Shown here: piece after piece, positions 49,796 to 63,740 of the stretch
How positions within the stretch are numbered: position 1 is the first letter of the stretch
Layout of the letters: every line of letters begins with the position of its first letter
Assembly: GCA_903813345.2 (NCBI GenBank)
Contig: CAIIXF020000001.1
Coordinates: 8,122,001-8,186,000, forward strand
Reading direction: 5' to 3'
Source of the DNA: Owenia fusiformis
Taxonomy: Eukaryota
DNA: 64,000 bases
Translations under genes and position numbers: made by a program
The notes under the pieces: generated by a model
Database searches by the model: none
Seen by the model: the letters and a program-made list of their open reading frames with translations, nothing else
Told to the model about the DNA's origin: nothing

Positions 49796-51674
49796 CGTGC
49801 TCAAAGTACAATATCCTATATAGATACAGTCAATCTTAACATAGCAATGCGTGTGACATAATGAAATAGTGTAGGAGTGAGCCGTCAGTTTTCTCTTATG
49901 AGGTAAATATATTGGAACACGACAATTGTCAATCTCAAGTCATATATGAAATTAAGAAGTGACAAGGTTGTATCTTCTTATTGTTATTCTTTATACATTG
50001 TTTATTCATGTTATTAAGCCAATGGTATTAAAACACACACGGTTGCTGATCAAAGGGTGAGCAATTGTTAATAGGAATCAAGCTGACATTTTAATAGATA
50101 AATCTATGAAAATAGTTTTAATGCGAAACAATAATAAAGCAAAAATGTGCAAAATTCAGTTATTTTATATTCTTATGCTCCAAATGAATTAATCAAATGT
50201 CAATAGTGATTATTAAATCTATATCTAATTAAAAGTTTGTTACATTTGTAAATTCAAATAATTTGATTCTCAAGAAATAAGTTGGCGATCTGATTGAATT
50301 GGAAGAAGCGGAAAACAAAAAGAACATGTATTAAACACCTGGAGCTTGTAATGACGTCTCAAGATAGGGATTACGTGTTATATCATTCACTTCGATCATA
50401 TCGTTCATCACTTAATGACATACTTCAACTTCGGAGGTAATGTGAGACTTTTCTAATCTATTCATACTGTTTTTATAGAATATTTTTTATAGAAAAGGTT
50501 TGATGAGGGTTATTTATTGGATTTCTCGCGGTATGTTAATATTCATCAAGAATAGATAACTTTGAATGGATTCACAATCAATTTTCAAAACAAATAGCAA
50601 ATAGATAGCAAATATTTCGTTTCGGACTGAACCTTTACATGGATATTACCATTTTTTGTCAGTTTCAAAATGGAAAACCGATTCATTACTACTTTCACTC
50701 ATACATTTCTGATTTAGATTAAATTAAAGAACGGCAATTACATATTTACGCCAAATGATGATTGAACTAATAATTGATTGATTTAAAGGGACTTGTTTTC
50801 GATAGATTTTTTTAAATTCAAATTTGGGTTATGCAGACATCAATGATGCCGATGCCGATGACTCAGATATTATTATTAGGGTTAATAATTTATCATTATC
50901 ATTTAATCGTCATTTGACTGTTACATCACATAACACAGAGATTTATCTATACCTCGTACAAACATCGTAAATTGCGACGGTTCCAAAAACGGACCCCTGG
51001 ATAACTCATTCTTTTGATCGTCATTGGAGTCATATATTGTGTCTACTGTTTAATTTCTGTGCTATTTTGCATATTATTTTCATAATATCGTATTGCAAAT
51101 CATAAATGCTTTATAATTTAGCAATTGGAGAGAGATTAGCTTGTTTTTTTCACATAAATGCCATTCTAAAAAGCTGACTTAGTCATTATAATTCTATCTA
51201 GAAACAAGGTCTTATTGTAATATTTTACATCTTATTTACGACACAATATTTTGATACATCTTGTTGTTGTTACGTTGAATGGTTATTAGAATTAATCCAT
51301 TTCCTGATGACATTTCCGGAGAGCAAAACTACAACTTATATCATGAGAGTATTTTACAACAATACAATTAAATAAAAGTATTGTGTAGTATCAAAGTATT
51401 TCAATCAAACAACGAAACCAAAAAATGAATCACATTGATTCAAGTGACAATATGACATGACCAAGAACAACTGTAAAATGATTCCTACATGTAACACAAG
51501 AACTAAAGTAAATTGATACCTGTAACATTTGACACAACCAGAATTACTGTAAATTGAATCCATTGACACTTTGACGAGAATTACCGTGGATTGATTCTTA
51601 TGACATTTTGACATGACCAAGAACTACTGGGAATTGGTCACAGTGACATTCTTACTCAACCAAGAAATATAGTT

Positions 51675-54600
51675 TTTTTAACATCTTTCATATTTATTGT
51701 AAGCACAAGTCATTTAGATACAATTACAAGGGGCAAAGCGCTGTAAGCATTAGATGTCCCCTTATATAAATAAACAATAAAGTACAATATTCATTTTAAC
51801 CTGGATGTCACCTGTAAATGGTAGAATGCCTTGCAATGAAACAAAAGATAGGAGGGCTGCTGATATCCTGGGGGAGGGGTAGTATGTTGAAAAATGGAAA
51901 CAGGTCATAGGCAGGAAAATATTTAGATTCTGGTTGTGTTTTCAATGAGATAATTCGCAACCAGTGAAAATAGATTATCCATTTCTAATTGGGTTAATGA
52001 TGGGTCCCCAAAAAGAAAAAAGTGAATTTTGTCTTGCTGAGTTCTGAAATGAGTTAATAAGTCCCCATATATCCCTAAAGTATCTGTTATTAATTTATTT
52101 CTTTGTTGTTCTTTCAGAGGGCATTTGAAAAAGAAGTGGGGAAAAGTTTCAGGGGAACCACATAAACAATTTGATGACTCAACTAAGCTCCAATTGTGGG
52201 CTTTGAGCTGGGCTTTTAAAATTAAATCTACCCTGGCTCTATTCAGATAAAGTTCTTGTTGACGAGTTAATTTTAAACAAATTGTTGAAACAACACCAGG
52301 GAACAAATTTAATTTAAGTGTTCTTTTAAAAGATGCAATAGTTGGCAAGAGCTTTTGTTCCAAGGGAACAGATCCTGGATCATTCCATAGGTTCATCATT
52401 TTGTATATTGGAGACTTATGTGGATAGTGAATAGGGATAGTGAAATCTCGAGATTTCCTTAACAATCTTGCTTGAGGGTTTATGAATGGCCTAAATGTAT
52501 CTGAGATATAAATAGGTGTTAAATCGTTCACGGCTTTGTACATAATTGTTTTAAAGTGGAGGATCCTCCTCTCAGTTAAGGTGGACCAGTTCAAAATGTT
52601 AAGTACTTTGGAAGTGCTGGAGCCTGGGAGAGCACCAGAGACTATTAGACCAGCTTGGAACTGGAGACTGTCAAGTCTGTTAAGGTCACAAATAGGAGCA
52701 CAGTCGTAAAGGATATCACAATAATCAAATAAGGACTGAATATAAGCTGTATAGAGAATATTTAATTGTTTTGATTTTAGTCTACCCTTAAGTGCTTTTA
52801 AGGGGTTAAGAGCTGTTTGGATTTTTGCACAGATAGAATTTATATGTGCTGACCCACTTAATTTTTTATCAAAAATGAAGCCTAGGTGTTTATGAATGTC
52901 AGTTTTTTCAATTTGTTTATCATTTAAGATAACTGGTGGATAGATTGGATTATTTTTCTTAGAAAAGGTCATTTCTCTGCTCTTTTCTGGTTTAAAATCT
53001 AGTTTCCACTGTTTAGACCAGGCTTCGATTTTTTTAGATCATTTTGAATTTGTATATGAGACTGCGGATTGTTTGGGGAAGTAGGTACAAAGAGGGAGGT
53101 GTCGTCTGCATAAATAAAGCACTCTGAGGTCAGGTTGTCCGGTAAGTCGTTTATATAGAGGAGAAACATCAAAGGTCCGAGAATACTTCCCTGAGGCACA
53201 GAACAGTTTATGTAGTTGCTAGGAGAGGTGTCAGAACATTTGCCATTCACAGTTACTTTGACACTCCTATCAGTCAAATAAGATTTTAGAAATACTAATA
53301 AGTTTCCTGAAAATCCATACGCTTTCAACTTTTTTAGAAGAAGGTAATGGGGGACACGGTCAAACGCGGCCGAAATATCCCAAAAAATTGCACGTGTATC
53401 ATTGCCGTCGCTAAAATTGCGCCAAATTAGGTTTTGGATGGCTAACAGTTGTAACTCATTGCTGTGCCCTTTCAAAAAACCGGACTGGTATTTATACAAT
53501 AAGTTATTTTCAATTAGGTGTTCGTACATCTTAGAGTAGACAATTCGTTCTAATATTTTGGAAGTAATACTGAGAAGAGATATAGGTCTATAATTTCTTA
53601 TGTCATTCTTTTTATTCTTTTTAAATATTGGGCAGATATCCCCTAATTTCCAGTTCTGGGGAAAATTACCTGTGGTCAAAATTTTATGAAAAAGTAAATT
53701 TAGTGGCACAGAAATAGTATTCCTGCATAGCTGGAGCATTTTTATTGTAACTCCATCTGGACCATTTGCTTTTGAGGGGTCAAGATCCTTAATTATAGAG
53801 ATAATTTCCTGTTGGTCAAAGTCAATGTTCTCTAATTTGTTATTGCATCTGTCAGGAAAATGAATATTATTGTTCAATGCATCTGGTTCTAAGTGATACA
53901 TATTAGAGAAATATTTTTGAAATTCAGTCGCTTTCTCCTGACTGGTCAAACAGGTAATTCCAGTTAAAGGGTTTTCTATGGTAGGAATAGGCGAGCTAAA
54001 TTTTTGACCTAAAAACTTTTTTATAAGTTGCCAAAATTTGTCACTTGCATGTGTTTCTCCATTTAGACTTTCTATTTGATCTGATGTAAATTTTGCTTTG
54101 GTTTCTAAAATAAGGTTCTTGACAGCTTCAGTCTGATTCTTATATGCTGTATAATGTTCAGGAAGATTGCTTTTCTTGAATTTAACATAGAGTTTTTTCT
54201 TTTTCTGAATCGCATGGGATATACTCTCATTGAACCAAGGTCTATCATTCGCTTTAATTCTTTTCATTTTGTGAGGGATATGCTTTTTAAAGATGGTAAG
54301 AATTGTATCAGTAAATTGATCATTTTAGGTGTTCATATCATGGTTTTGAGTAAAAAAAAATTAGCCCAGTTTATTTTTTCAATTTCAAGGTTCAAAGCAT
54401 CTTTATTTGCAGTATCATATTTCCAAATAAGTTTAAATTGATCTTCCTCTCTATTTAATAGTACATCGAGTTGAGTAAAAATTGAACAATGGTCTGATGA
54501 GCCTATAGGTTCAATTACAGTCGAAGAATTTATAAGACCTGGGACATTAGTGACTGTGAGATCAATGCAAGTAGCAGATGTTGGTGTGATTCTTGTTGGT

Positions 54601-55800
54601 TCTTTTATTAACTGGTCAAAATCATTATCAAAAAATATATCATTTAAAATTTTTCCGTTTCTATCTTCATCCCCATTGAGAAACCACTGTTTACATTTAG
54701 CGTTGAAGTCACCATTCAAAATGATTCCATCTGCATTTCGTGATTTTGCCTGTTTTATGTTCATTGTCAAAAGTTTCATAAATTCATCTCTCTCATTTAC
54801 TGACTGTGAGGATGAGCGATAAAAAACTCCATACAAAAAGGTTTTATGTTTAATTCTCAGTTCGGCCCACAGGGAGTAATTTGTATTCAAGTCGGGTCTT
54901 TCGTTACATAAAATGTTGTTGTTTATATAGATCAAAAGTCCTCGATTATTTTGATTGTGTAATGGATTATGAAATCCGTTCAGCAAGAAATTATCTTTGA
55001 TTGATATAGTGGTCAAATTTCCAGTCTCACAAAGTCCCACAATTGATACATTCATTTCCTTAACTAGGTCATTCAGGGATTCAAATCGAGTACCCGCATC
55101 GAGTACCCGCACCCGCATACTATTTATATTGGAGAATAAAATGTTTAAAGAGAGTATCAGATATAGCGAGCAGGCTAAACAAAAAATTGTTTCAATTTTA
55201 GAATATTTTTGGCTCATGTCATTCCTTGTCATGTCTATTTTCTAAAAGTCACAAAAGTGCATACTTTTTTCAAGGAAAACTAAAGATTTTCACAATAATG
55301 TATTATTTTTCTATAAGAATGGTTACCATTCTTATTATTTGGGAGAATTTAAACATGTTTCACTCATTTTTGCACTTTGAATCATTAATAACTTCACCAA
55401 TTTATAACATATTGTGAATCTTTTGGGAGATATTGTATTTGATATTGTAAGGAATAGATTGGAAGGTCAATTATACAAGTTGCTTGTAATTTTGTCACCC
55501 CCTATAGATCTGATTCTGCCTTTAAGTTACCTTTATATGGGACTGACCCTGGGTGAGGATGTACATCATTTGATAATGTAAGCTTGAGCTGATTGATATT
55601 AGGTTGCAGATAAGTGCCGCTTAATCCAGGAACACTTAAAAATATCAAAGTAATGCATATTAAGGCTAGCAAAAACCTTGGGTTAATTTTCCTGTGACAT
55701 AGTGAGTATATTCTTAAGAGAAATATAGTAAATAGAATTATTGATAGCAAAAACGTTGATTTGTGCCTGTTGATGGCCTTGCGCCTTTTTTAATAGATCT
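51675..55800 (-). mobile_element. Decayed non-LTR retrotransposon (CR1/L2/Crack-type LINE): 2A-like leader, APE endonuclease, RT, C-terminal Cys/His domain
   Basis: APE motifs (NINS, GLCET, GVFYRS, GDFN, PTR, CIDL, SDH) at 54333-55148; RT motifs (KANGPDG, NYRPISLL, QSGF, DISAAFDRV, VPQGSILGP, YADDT) at 52999-54267; C-terminal CLCG..ET..HFFFKCP at 51923-52972. Frameshifts in homopolymers at ~54355 and ~53032 and a TAA near 54326; 3' AATAAA and short A-tail near 51675-51698. Ends are approximate. Confidence 0.92.
55149..55521. mobile_element. 373-bp Kolobok-like MITE (AG..CT ends, TTAA TSD) inserted in the LINE ORF
   Basis: TTAA|AGAGAGTATCAGATATAG ... CTATAGATCTGATTCTGCCT|TTAA; excision restores the in-frame YKGNLNILFSNINSM. 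Confidence 0.8.
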
Positions 55801-56377
55801 CATACCTTAGATGCGTATCGTTTCAAAAAAAATCCCAGAAAACCTAACATATTCTACCATACCGTGCGCCTATCCATTTAGCAATTCAATAGTAAATTTT
55901 TTCTTGAAAAAATAAATCTTCCAGATTTGTTGAATTTCCTAGCAGAAATTGCCTGCTCCCCCCCTCCGTCCCATATTCACGATCACCGGGCGTGATAATG
56001 AGACATAAAATTGGATATACTAATATTATGTATGTATGAATAAGGGTTCGTTGAAATTGTAATTTAATATCTCAAGAAAGTCGTTGACTTGAAAGTTATT
56101 TATATCGGGAATCTAATTAAATCGACATGGGAGGAAACGTTTTCTTTTGAGATCCGATCTATTTAATTTCATAACAAGTTTGTGTCTCTCAATATTTTGA
56201 CACGCTGACCAATCTATAGATCTATGGACGTACGAACGATACAACAAAACAGAACAGTATTTTATATAAACGTCATCCATATGTTTCCTGCCTAATTGCA
56301 ATCATATTACTGAATCAAATTGAAATAAGATATAAATGAAAGTATACCAATAAGGTTATATTTTAAGGTTATATTAT

Positions 56378-56800
56378 ACAGGGTGGTCCAAAAAATGAGA
56401 CACTCGCATTTCAAAAATAAATATTGATTTCCTTGAGGAAAACATGTCATATTATATACCAGTGGATAGGGAATTAACTCATCTTTAATTTGGTATATCA
56501 TAAGTTCAAATTTATTATAATGTCTGTCAACCAGTGTCCATGATGACGTCATTTTCGTTTCAAAACAGGTTTTCCGAAACTTGCAAAAACCAAGTTTTTG
56601 TCAACTTGATTTACATAAACGGACTCTCAATATGTCCACCATTCTGATCAGTTATGGTCCTCAATTTTGGCCTAAACTTGTCAAATGCATCATTAACATG
56701 CTGTTGAGACAGTGAATTCGACTTCTCAATAATTCTGTCCTCAAGGGACTGTCCGACTGAGTAGATGTAAGGGGTTCATGATAAACCAATTCTGTTAGTT
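56378..56800 (+). mobile_element. Partial Tc1-like MITE related to 30010-30819
   Basis: TACAGGGTGGTCCAAAAAATGAGACAC..TTTCAAAAATAAATATTGATTT..AAACTTGCAAAAACCAAGTTTT shared with the 30010 copy. Confidence 0.7.
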
Positions 56801-57051
56801 CCCCAAATTTGTATATGTTGTTCCCCAGGGCCGAAACGCAATTGGATTAATCACATTTCAATAGTTCAGTCTCCTATTGTGTAATTTTAATATTTATTTA
56901 AATTTTCAGAAAAAAAGATATTTCTATTTTCTAATCGTTAAAACATCGACAAAACATGGTCGATTTCTACCTTCTCAACCCTCAAATGTAATTGATTATG
57001 AATTGTGCGTACATCAATAGTTGCTTGTCCGGCGAGCGGCGAGCGGTACCA

Positions 57052-57686
57052 TTTTATAATGTCACCACCAAAAAGTGGTGACATATTGTTATTGTCTGCG
57101 TTTTTTGTGACGAGGGTTGGTGATCGGCGGGCGGCGGTTAGCAATCGGCGGGCGGCGTCTGTAACAAATATTAACAAAAACTGTTTAGAGTAACTTCAGT
57201 TTTTTTCAAAATCATCTACAAGTTTTCAGAAGTTCAAATCTGACTTTATATTTGAGATTTGACCTTCAGTGACCTTTTAAAGGTCAAAAAAGGTCTTTTT
57301 TGAACTTGCTTCAAATTGACCAATTTCTTTTTCAAAATCATCTACAACACGGTGTACAAGTTCTCAAAAGTTCAAATCCGACTATAGATTTGACCTTCAA
57401 TGACCTTTCAATGTCAAAAAGGTCTTTTTTCAACTTGTTTCAAATTGGCCATTTTTTTCTCAAATCATCTACAAGTTCTAAGAAGTTCAATTCTGACTTT
57501 AGATTTGAGATTTCACCTTTAATGACCCTCTAAGGGTCAAAAGGGTCTTTTTTCAACTTAATTTAAATTGACCTATTTTAAAATCATCTGCAATGCAAGT
57601 TCTCAGGAATTCAAATCTGACTAAGATTGAACAAACAATATTGTGAGCAACTAGGTGTTGACATTTTGTCATGTTAATACCTTGTT
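57052..57686 (-). mobile_element. Helentron-associated (HINE) element with ~125-bp tandem array
   Basis: Hairpin ATGTCACCACCAAAAAGTGGTGACAT, GGC-rich microsatellite, AAATCATCTAC units at ~57208, 57334, 57462, 57580, subTIR GGTGTTGACATT; related ends at ~48445-48478 and ~62390-62425. Confidence 0.7.
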
Positions 57687-57868
57687 TGAGATTACATGGT
57701 CAACAGATTTTAATGTACAGAGGTTGAATGATGGTTGTTTGAAAGTTCCCCGTGAAAATACTAATGGCGGGAAAGAGTAGGCCGCCCTATATTCATTGTT
57801 TGTTATCAATATCATAAAAATGACTTTACTTTGCAGTTTTTACTTTAAAATAAGACTTTTCTATCTAG

Positions 57869-60452
57869 ATGAGGCTACACCTGATGCGAGAAGCCATCAC
57901 AATCGTGTTGTTTGCGTACATGATCGGAATACAAGCAAGACCATTTAAGATCATAAAAGCAAGACCTTTCCAAATTAAGAGGACCAAAATTGGCATAGAG
58001 ACTATCCGTGTTGAAAATGGAATCACATTCAAAATATATCCAACGAAAAAGAACTTTGAGGAAGCACAGGAGAAATGTAAAAGATCTGGTGGGAAATTGC
58101 TGACAATTAAAGATCGTGAACGTCAAAAGGTAGTTGATAAATTTATGAATGAATGGTTAAAACGTGGAAGAAATGGTGCTGTCCTAGCTAAAGGTATTTG
58201 GATAGGTATGTATATAATATGGTTCTGTTAATCCATATTGAAACAAATGTTTACTTTTCAGGTATCATCTGTCGCACTTTAAATAAGATTAACATTCCTC
58301 TAAAAATCAGTGAAGTTTCGTATCGTGCCAACATAAAAATATTAACATTTATCCCATACTTGAACGTGTTACAGGTACATAAAGCCGGTTTGTAAAAACG
58401 TATATTTTCATCAGCGGGCAGATATAGCTAAATACGTCCCGCTCCGAGCGGGCAGATATAGTATATCTGCCCGCTCGTCATAATCGCCGTTCGCATGGTT
58501 CATTCTTTGTAACGTTCGCATAATAACTGTAAACTGCAATGAAGAAAAACGCAGACAGTCGCAATCAGTGATGATTTAAAGAAGGGAAGGAGCAGTATGC
58601 CCTGTTAATAATCAAAGATTCGAGAAAATAAATATGAATGAATGAATCGGGATAATCCCAATATCCTAAACCTCATGTAGGATAATCTCTATATATCTTT
58701 ATTTTCTGGACACCCTGTTTATATAATATCAACCATGTATTACTTGAAATATGATGTCTAATATAAGGAGCGAATGCAGATGTACTGTAGATGTAATCAC
58801 GGGCATTCAATAGAATATCTATTTAATATAAAAGCCCATGATGTTATCACTTTTTTGTCTTTTAAATGCTAAACAATATACATGTATCATATGACACGGG
58901 TTACCATATTCTATGGCCACTAAGTGTGGCCAAGAATTGGCTAGAGACTCGAGTTACACACGGGCGTCTCTATCACCAGAGCTTGCACTTGAAACCTAAC
59001 TCATTCTCCACCTCTTTCACAAGAGCATATAGTTCTTTCCTCCGTGTCTCCTTCTCAGCACCATTAAGAGGGGGGTCGGTCGCACCCAACGCGCCTCCAA
59101 CCACCGCCCAACCATGATACAATATGTTTAACATGTATTCTCCAGGTCTGAGTTCCGTAGTAAAATTCCAATGGAGTGATGGGGAGACAGCGGACTACGT
59201 TAACTGGATCACTGATGTCAGACCAAGCGAACAATGCTCTGAAATCTCCAGGCCAAAGACCAATACCTACAGATGGAAGTTAGATTTTTGTAGGAAGAAA
59301 CAACCCTTTATCTGTGAATATGGTACGTTTGTTGCTGGGCCACCCGTACATGTAATCCAACTTAGAACAATTCCATATAATTATCCCATAAGAGGTGCAG
59401 TGTATTAGTATTATCCCCATGCTAGAGAATATCTCAATATCCTGAAACAATTATAATATAGGATGATCTGTCAGTCTGTCGATCATTGTTCTTTTTCTAT
59501 TTCTATTTTCTATTTCTCTTTCCCTTGGCAGGTGCATTAACAAAAAAGACAAATCTTATCTATATACCTCAGACATACAAGTGTGGGATACATATCAACT
59601 ATTTGTATACATGAATGTGTTTTAGAAGATGATGTCGATTCAACCAAAGCTGGTGAAGGTGCACCACCAGGACACAAGACAGCGGACATTCCTTTTGAGA
59701 CACAAGAGAAAACCAATGTTGTTGAGGATCCTGATACAAATATTGTTGACGAGACTCCAGAGAAAACCACAATTGAGGAGACTCCAGAGACAACTACTAT
59801 TGAGGTGACTTCAGAAACAACCACTGTTGAGGAGACTCCTAAGAAAACCACTGTTAAGGAGACTCCTGAGACAACCACTGTTGAGCAGACTCCAAAGATA
59901 ACCACTGTTGAGAAGAATCCAGAAACAACCACTGTTGAGGAGACTCCTGAGGCAACCACTGTTGAAGAAACTCCAGAGACAACCACAACCGAGGAGACTC
60001 CAGAGACAACTACTATTGAGGTGACTTCAGAAACAACCACTGTTGAGGAGACTCCTGAGACAACCACTGTTGAGAAGAATCCAGAAACAACCACTGTTGA
60101 GGAGACTCCTGAGGCAACCACTGTTGAAGAAACTCCAGAGACAACCACAATTGAAGAGACTCCAGAGACAACCACTGTTGAGAAGACTCCGGAGACAACA
60201 ACTGTTAAGGAGACCCCTGAGACAACCACTGTTGAGGAAACTCCAAAGACAACCACTGTTAAGGAGACTCCACAGACAACCACTGATGAGGAAAATCCAG
60301 AAACAAACACTGTTGAGAAGACTCCAGAGACAACAACTTTTGAGACTCCGGAGACAACAACTGTTGAGGAGACACCTGAGACAACCACTGTTGAGACTCA
60401 AGAGTCAACTACTACTGAGGACCAAAGTTACATGTTCTTTGGTGGACGTTAA
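57869..60452 (+). CDS. Secreted C-type lectin domain protein with acidic Thr/Glu/Pro mucin-like repeat tail, 3 exons
   Basis: Exons 57869-58205, 59146-59322, 59626-60452 (phase 1/1). Signal-like N-terminus; CTLD motifs NFEEAQEKC..GGKL..I, IWIGL, FQWSDG..YVNW, EQC, RW..C.KKQPFICE; then (PETTTVEET)n. Confidence 0.82.
59745..60420 (+). repeat. Coding 27-bp tandem repeat (PETTTVEET)
   Basis: CCAGAGACAACCACTGTTGAGGAGACT-like units repeated more than 20 times. Confidence 0.95.
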
Positions 60453-63400
60453 ATGGTTAGAAAATACTTGGCTTTTGTTTCCGTTTTCATATCCCGTTGA
60501 GATATTTTATTCCAGGAAACCTTTACTAAGTCTGAAGAATGTGGTATTTTACCAGAACTTAAACTAAAAGCATCCGATTGATGCATTTATGGAAATATCG
60601 TATCTTTATTTTTCTGCATCACTTCAAGATTCAATTCATTAGAATTGGCAATGATATAACAAACGGTTGCAATCGACCAATATTCAAGTTTAATTTAAGT
60701 CTAGTGATAAGACTTGAGAGACGTTTGACAAGCATGCGTCAGCAATACATCACAATGACTGCGCAGTAATTGATTTATAAATAAAAGTCCCTGTAATTGA
60801 AATGTATGAAAGGCGTGGGTATATTTGGATAAATGTTTTCTAACTGTCAATTTACTAATCATTGTTATATTAGAAAACGTGCATGGATTGTATATTTAAT
60901 ACATTGAAGCCATGAATATTTTAATTCAGTTTTCATTTGAGAAAAATTAGATGTTATTTCAAACAATGCTGTGCCAGGACGGTCAATTGAAAGATGCGAG
61001 GTTCGGATTTATTGTTCATATAAATTTTGGCCATTTGACTTATTTGTACATTATCCAAAACACAAAACAGCATTCTGATATTCATAGCATCTCTCTCTGT
61101 TGCATCGCAGAAGGATAGAGATGGAGAGGGCGTGGCTTACCACGATGCAAAACAGCGACATCGCGTAATTTGACTGTTGGAGTTGTCGGGAAACACGAGG
61201 ACACGAGTTTACCTTAAAAAAGGGAATCACTTTCTGTGAATAAATAAGCAAAATATATTGGTCTAGATCTGGTGTTCAGTATTTTCAAAGGAATCGAAAA
61301 TACACAATAATAATGACTCGAATTTAAAAAATAACCAAATGTTAACATACTTTTAAGTCCATTGGCCCGAGAATTTTGCTTTGTCATAGAAGGTTTTTTT
61401 TATATAGAAACACTAAATAGACTAGTTAGTTACAAAATTGATTACGACTTTATACACCTGCTTATGGGGATACCAGGAAATAAATTAGAACTAAGGTCAT
61501 TCAAACAAATATATGTTTGACGTCCTTCAAACATAAAATTGAGGCAACATTTTCAGAAACCAAACACATGTACATTTGTACTGTGTAAGGAATACAAATG
61601 ACAATGAAACTTAGAAATTATGTTAATCTTTCCCGTGTTATGATATTTGAAGTTCAATGGAGATGGATTGAACACAATTGTATTCGAGCTTCAGTATTAT
61701 CGTCATTAAAACCTAATAGCGTACACTCAAACAACGTGTCATTGTGTCATTCATGCTTTCTGCGTTTTGCATGTGTAATTATGGTTGGTGTAATCAGAGT
61801 GTCTCTGGTGTAATGCAAGGCATTTAAATTAACCTGCCATTTGTTCCAGACCCTGACCGCCGAATGCCAACAGCCGTACGCCAAACACCGTTCACAAAAA
61901 CTTTGAGACGATATATGTATTTTTCCTACCACCACGTCATGACATCTTGCTTCATCAAGCTTCGGACCTATCCTGATGCGACCCTATAGGACCTTAAACA
62001 TAGGAACACCCTGGATAAAATTGAATTTAACTATACTTTAAATGACATTGGCCTTAAATGTTATATCATTCAATGCGACATAAAATTAATTGATAATACA
62101 GGTATCTACATGGCACTTTGTATTAATGAAAATAGTATTCATTCAACAATCATGTCCTAAAATCTGTATGCTGAGGGAACATGGGTCAACAATCCGACAT
62201 GATGTACCAAATGGAATTTCTTTTACTATTTCTCAAAAAATATACCCGACCCATATGCTTTCTTTGGCTAATTTTTTCAACAGATTAGGTGTTTAATTTT
62301 TTGTCTCAAGCTAATGCAAAATATCACTACCTGCCATTTGTTACAGACACCGACTGTTAACACCTTACACAAAAAAGTTGCACCATAACAATATATGTCA
62401 CCACTTCTAGTGGTAACATAAAAATCCAAAATGACATTAAAATTTATGAAGAAAAATTAGAAACAAAACAAATAATGAATATTTTAATACTATATATTTT
62501 TATGCAGTTTAACCCGTAAATAGACATGTAATGATCGGGTACTTAAAAACATGGTGAATTCCATCACCACACGAAAAACTGTTTTCCCCTTTAAAAAATA
62601 TTGAAACTCAGATGCATCAAGACATAAAGGGAATAACTTTGGAAACACCTTACTATAAACGATTGCACTGATGTGAGACAGGAAGAACGCAATATGTATG
62701 TATTTACATTGATCAATGAATTTAATACAATGAAATCAATGGATTTAATACAATGAATGACTGCATCAATGATGTATTTACAATTCAACAACAACAGGCA
62801 TTTCATATAAGTTTGTTTCCAAAGAATCCATTTTCAATATTACCAATTTTGTTTGAAAAAATATTAACATCAATCATTTTTTTATATTCGGAAGTCAAAA
62901 AACAATTAATTTCACAAAACAATCACTTTTAGACAACTTTTAAACCGTTAAATCAGTGTCATACTGCATATTTATAGCATGCTCCATGTACTAAAATTAC
63001 AACTAACGTAAATGTAGATAATATAGAATAAAATGCAATAGTACACATTAAAATAATTCACAATTTAAAACAATTTGTATAAAATATGCAGGTACAGCCA
63101 TAACATACACACATAATTTTTGATATTGAAATTCTATGTACATACTACATAATGAGATCTTAGCATAAGAAAACTATGCAAGTTCATGACTTTTTTTGAT
63201 GACTATTTTCCTTCAATAGTATGCCTTTATAGTCAACAAAACTAAAGCAACTTGTCCTAGACATACAGCAAATCAGCTGTTTATGCTTTAAAAACGAATA
63301 CACTAAAATCATTGGGGTTCTATCAATTCTATGTACTCGAGGAAAATCAACAACTGAATATGACTAAAAATCGAGTGTATGAGGGCAAAGAAGTGCATGT

Positions 63401-63740
63401 GTATGCTGTTAAAATTATCAACTCATACTCTGAGATATGCAATTAGTCGATTGTTCCAAGCGTAAAAGTCTGTGCTACCAGCACAGCTAGTACACAATTC
63501 ACTGATATTCCATGACTAACTATGGAACCATTCATGGTAAGAGACTAAGAGATGCCATGGTCCATTGACTGTGCTCACTTGTACAAATGAGACTGTTGCA
63601 TAGTTTATAATTAAGTCTATTTACAAGGATTACTCAGACTCAATAAATAAGCTTTTTTTGCCATCCAAGCTTTGAGATGGTCCATTAATTGTGCTCTGTT
63701 GTGATTTTGAGCTTAGTCTGATTGCATTGTTGATTTATTA

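Noticed and set aside
55149-55232. N-terminus of the 299-aa endonuclease ORF (MTRNDMSQK...)
   Set aside because: It derives from the inserted TTAA MITE, not from the LINE.
59537-60567. Val/Ser-rich antisense and Arg/Leu/Gln-rich alternate-frame ORFs
   Set aside because: Shadows of the 27-bp coding repeat.
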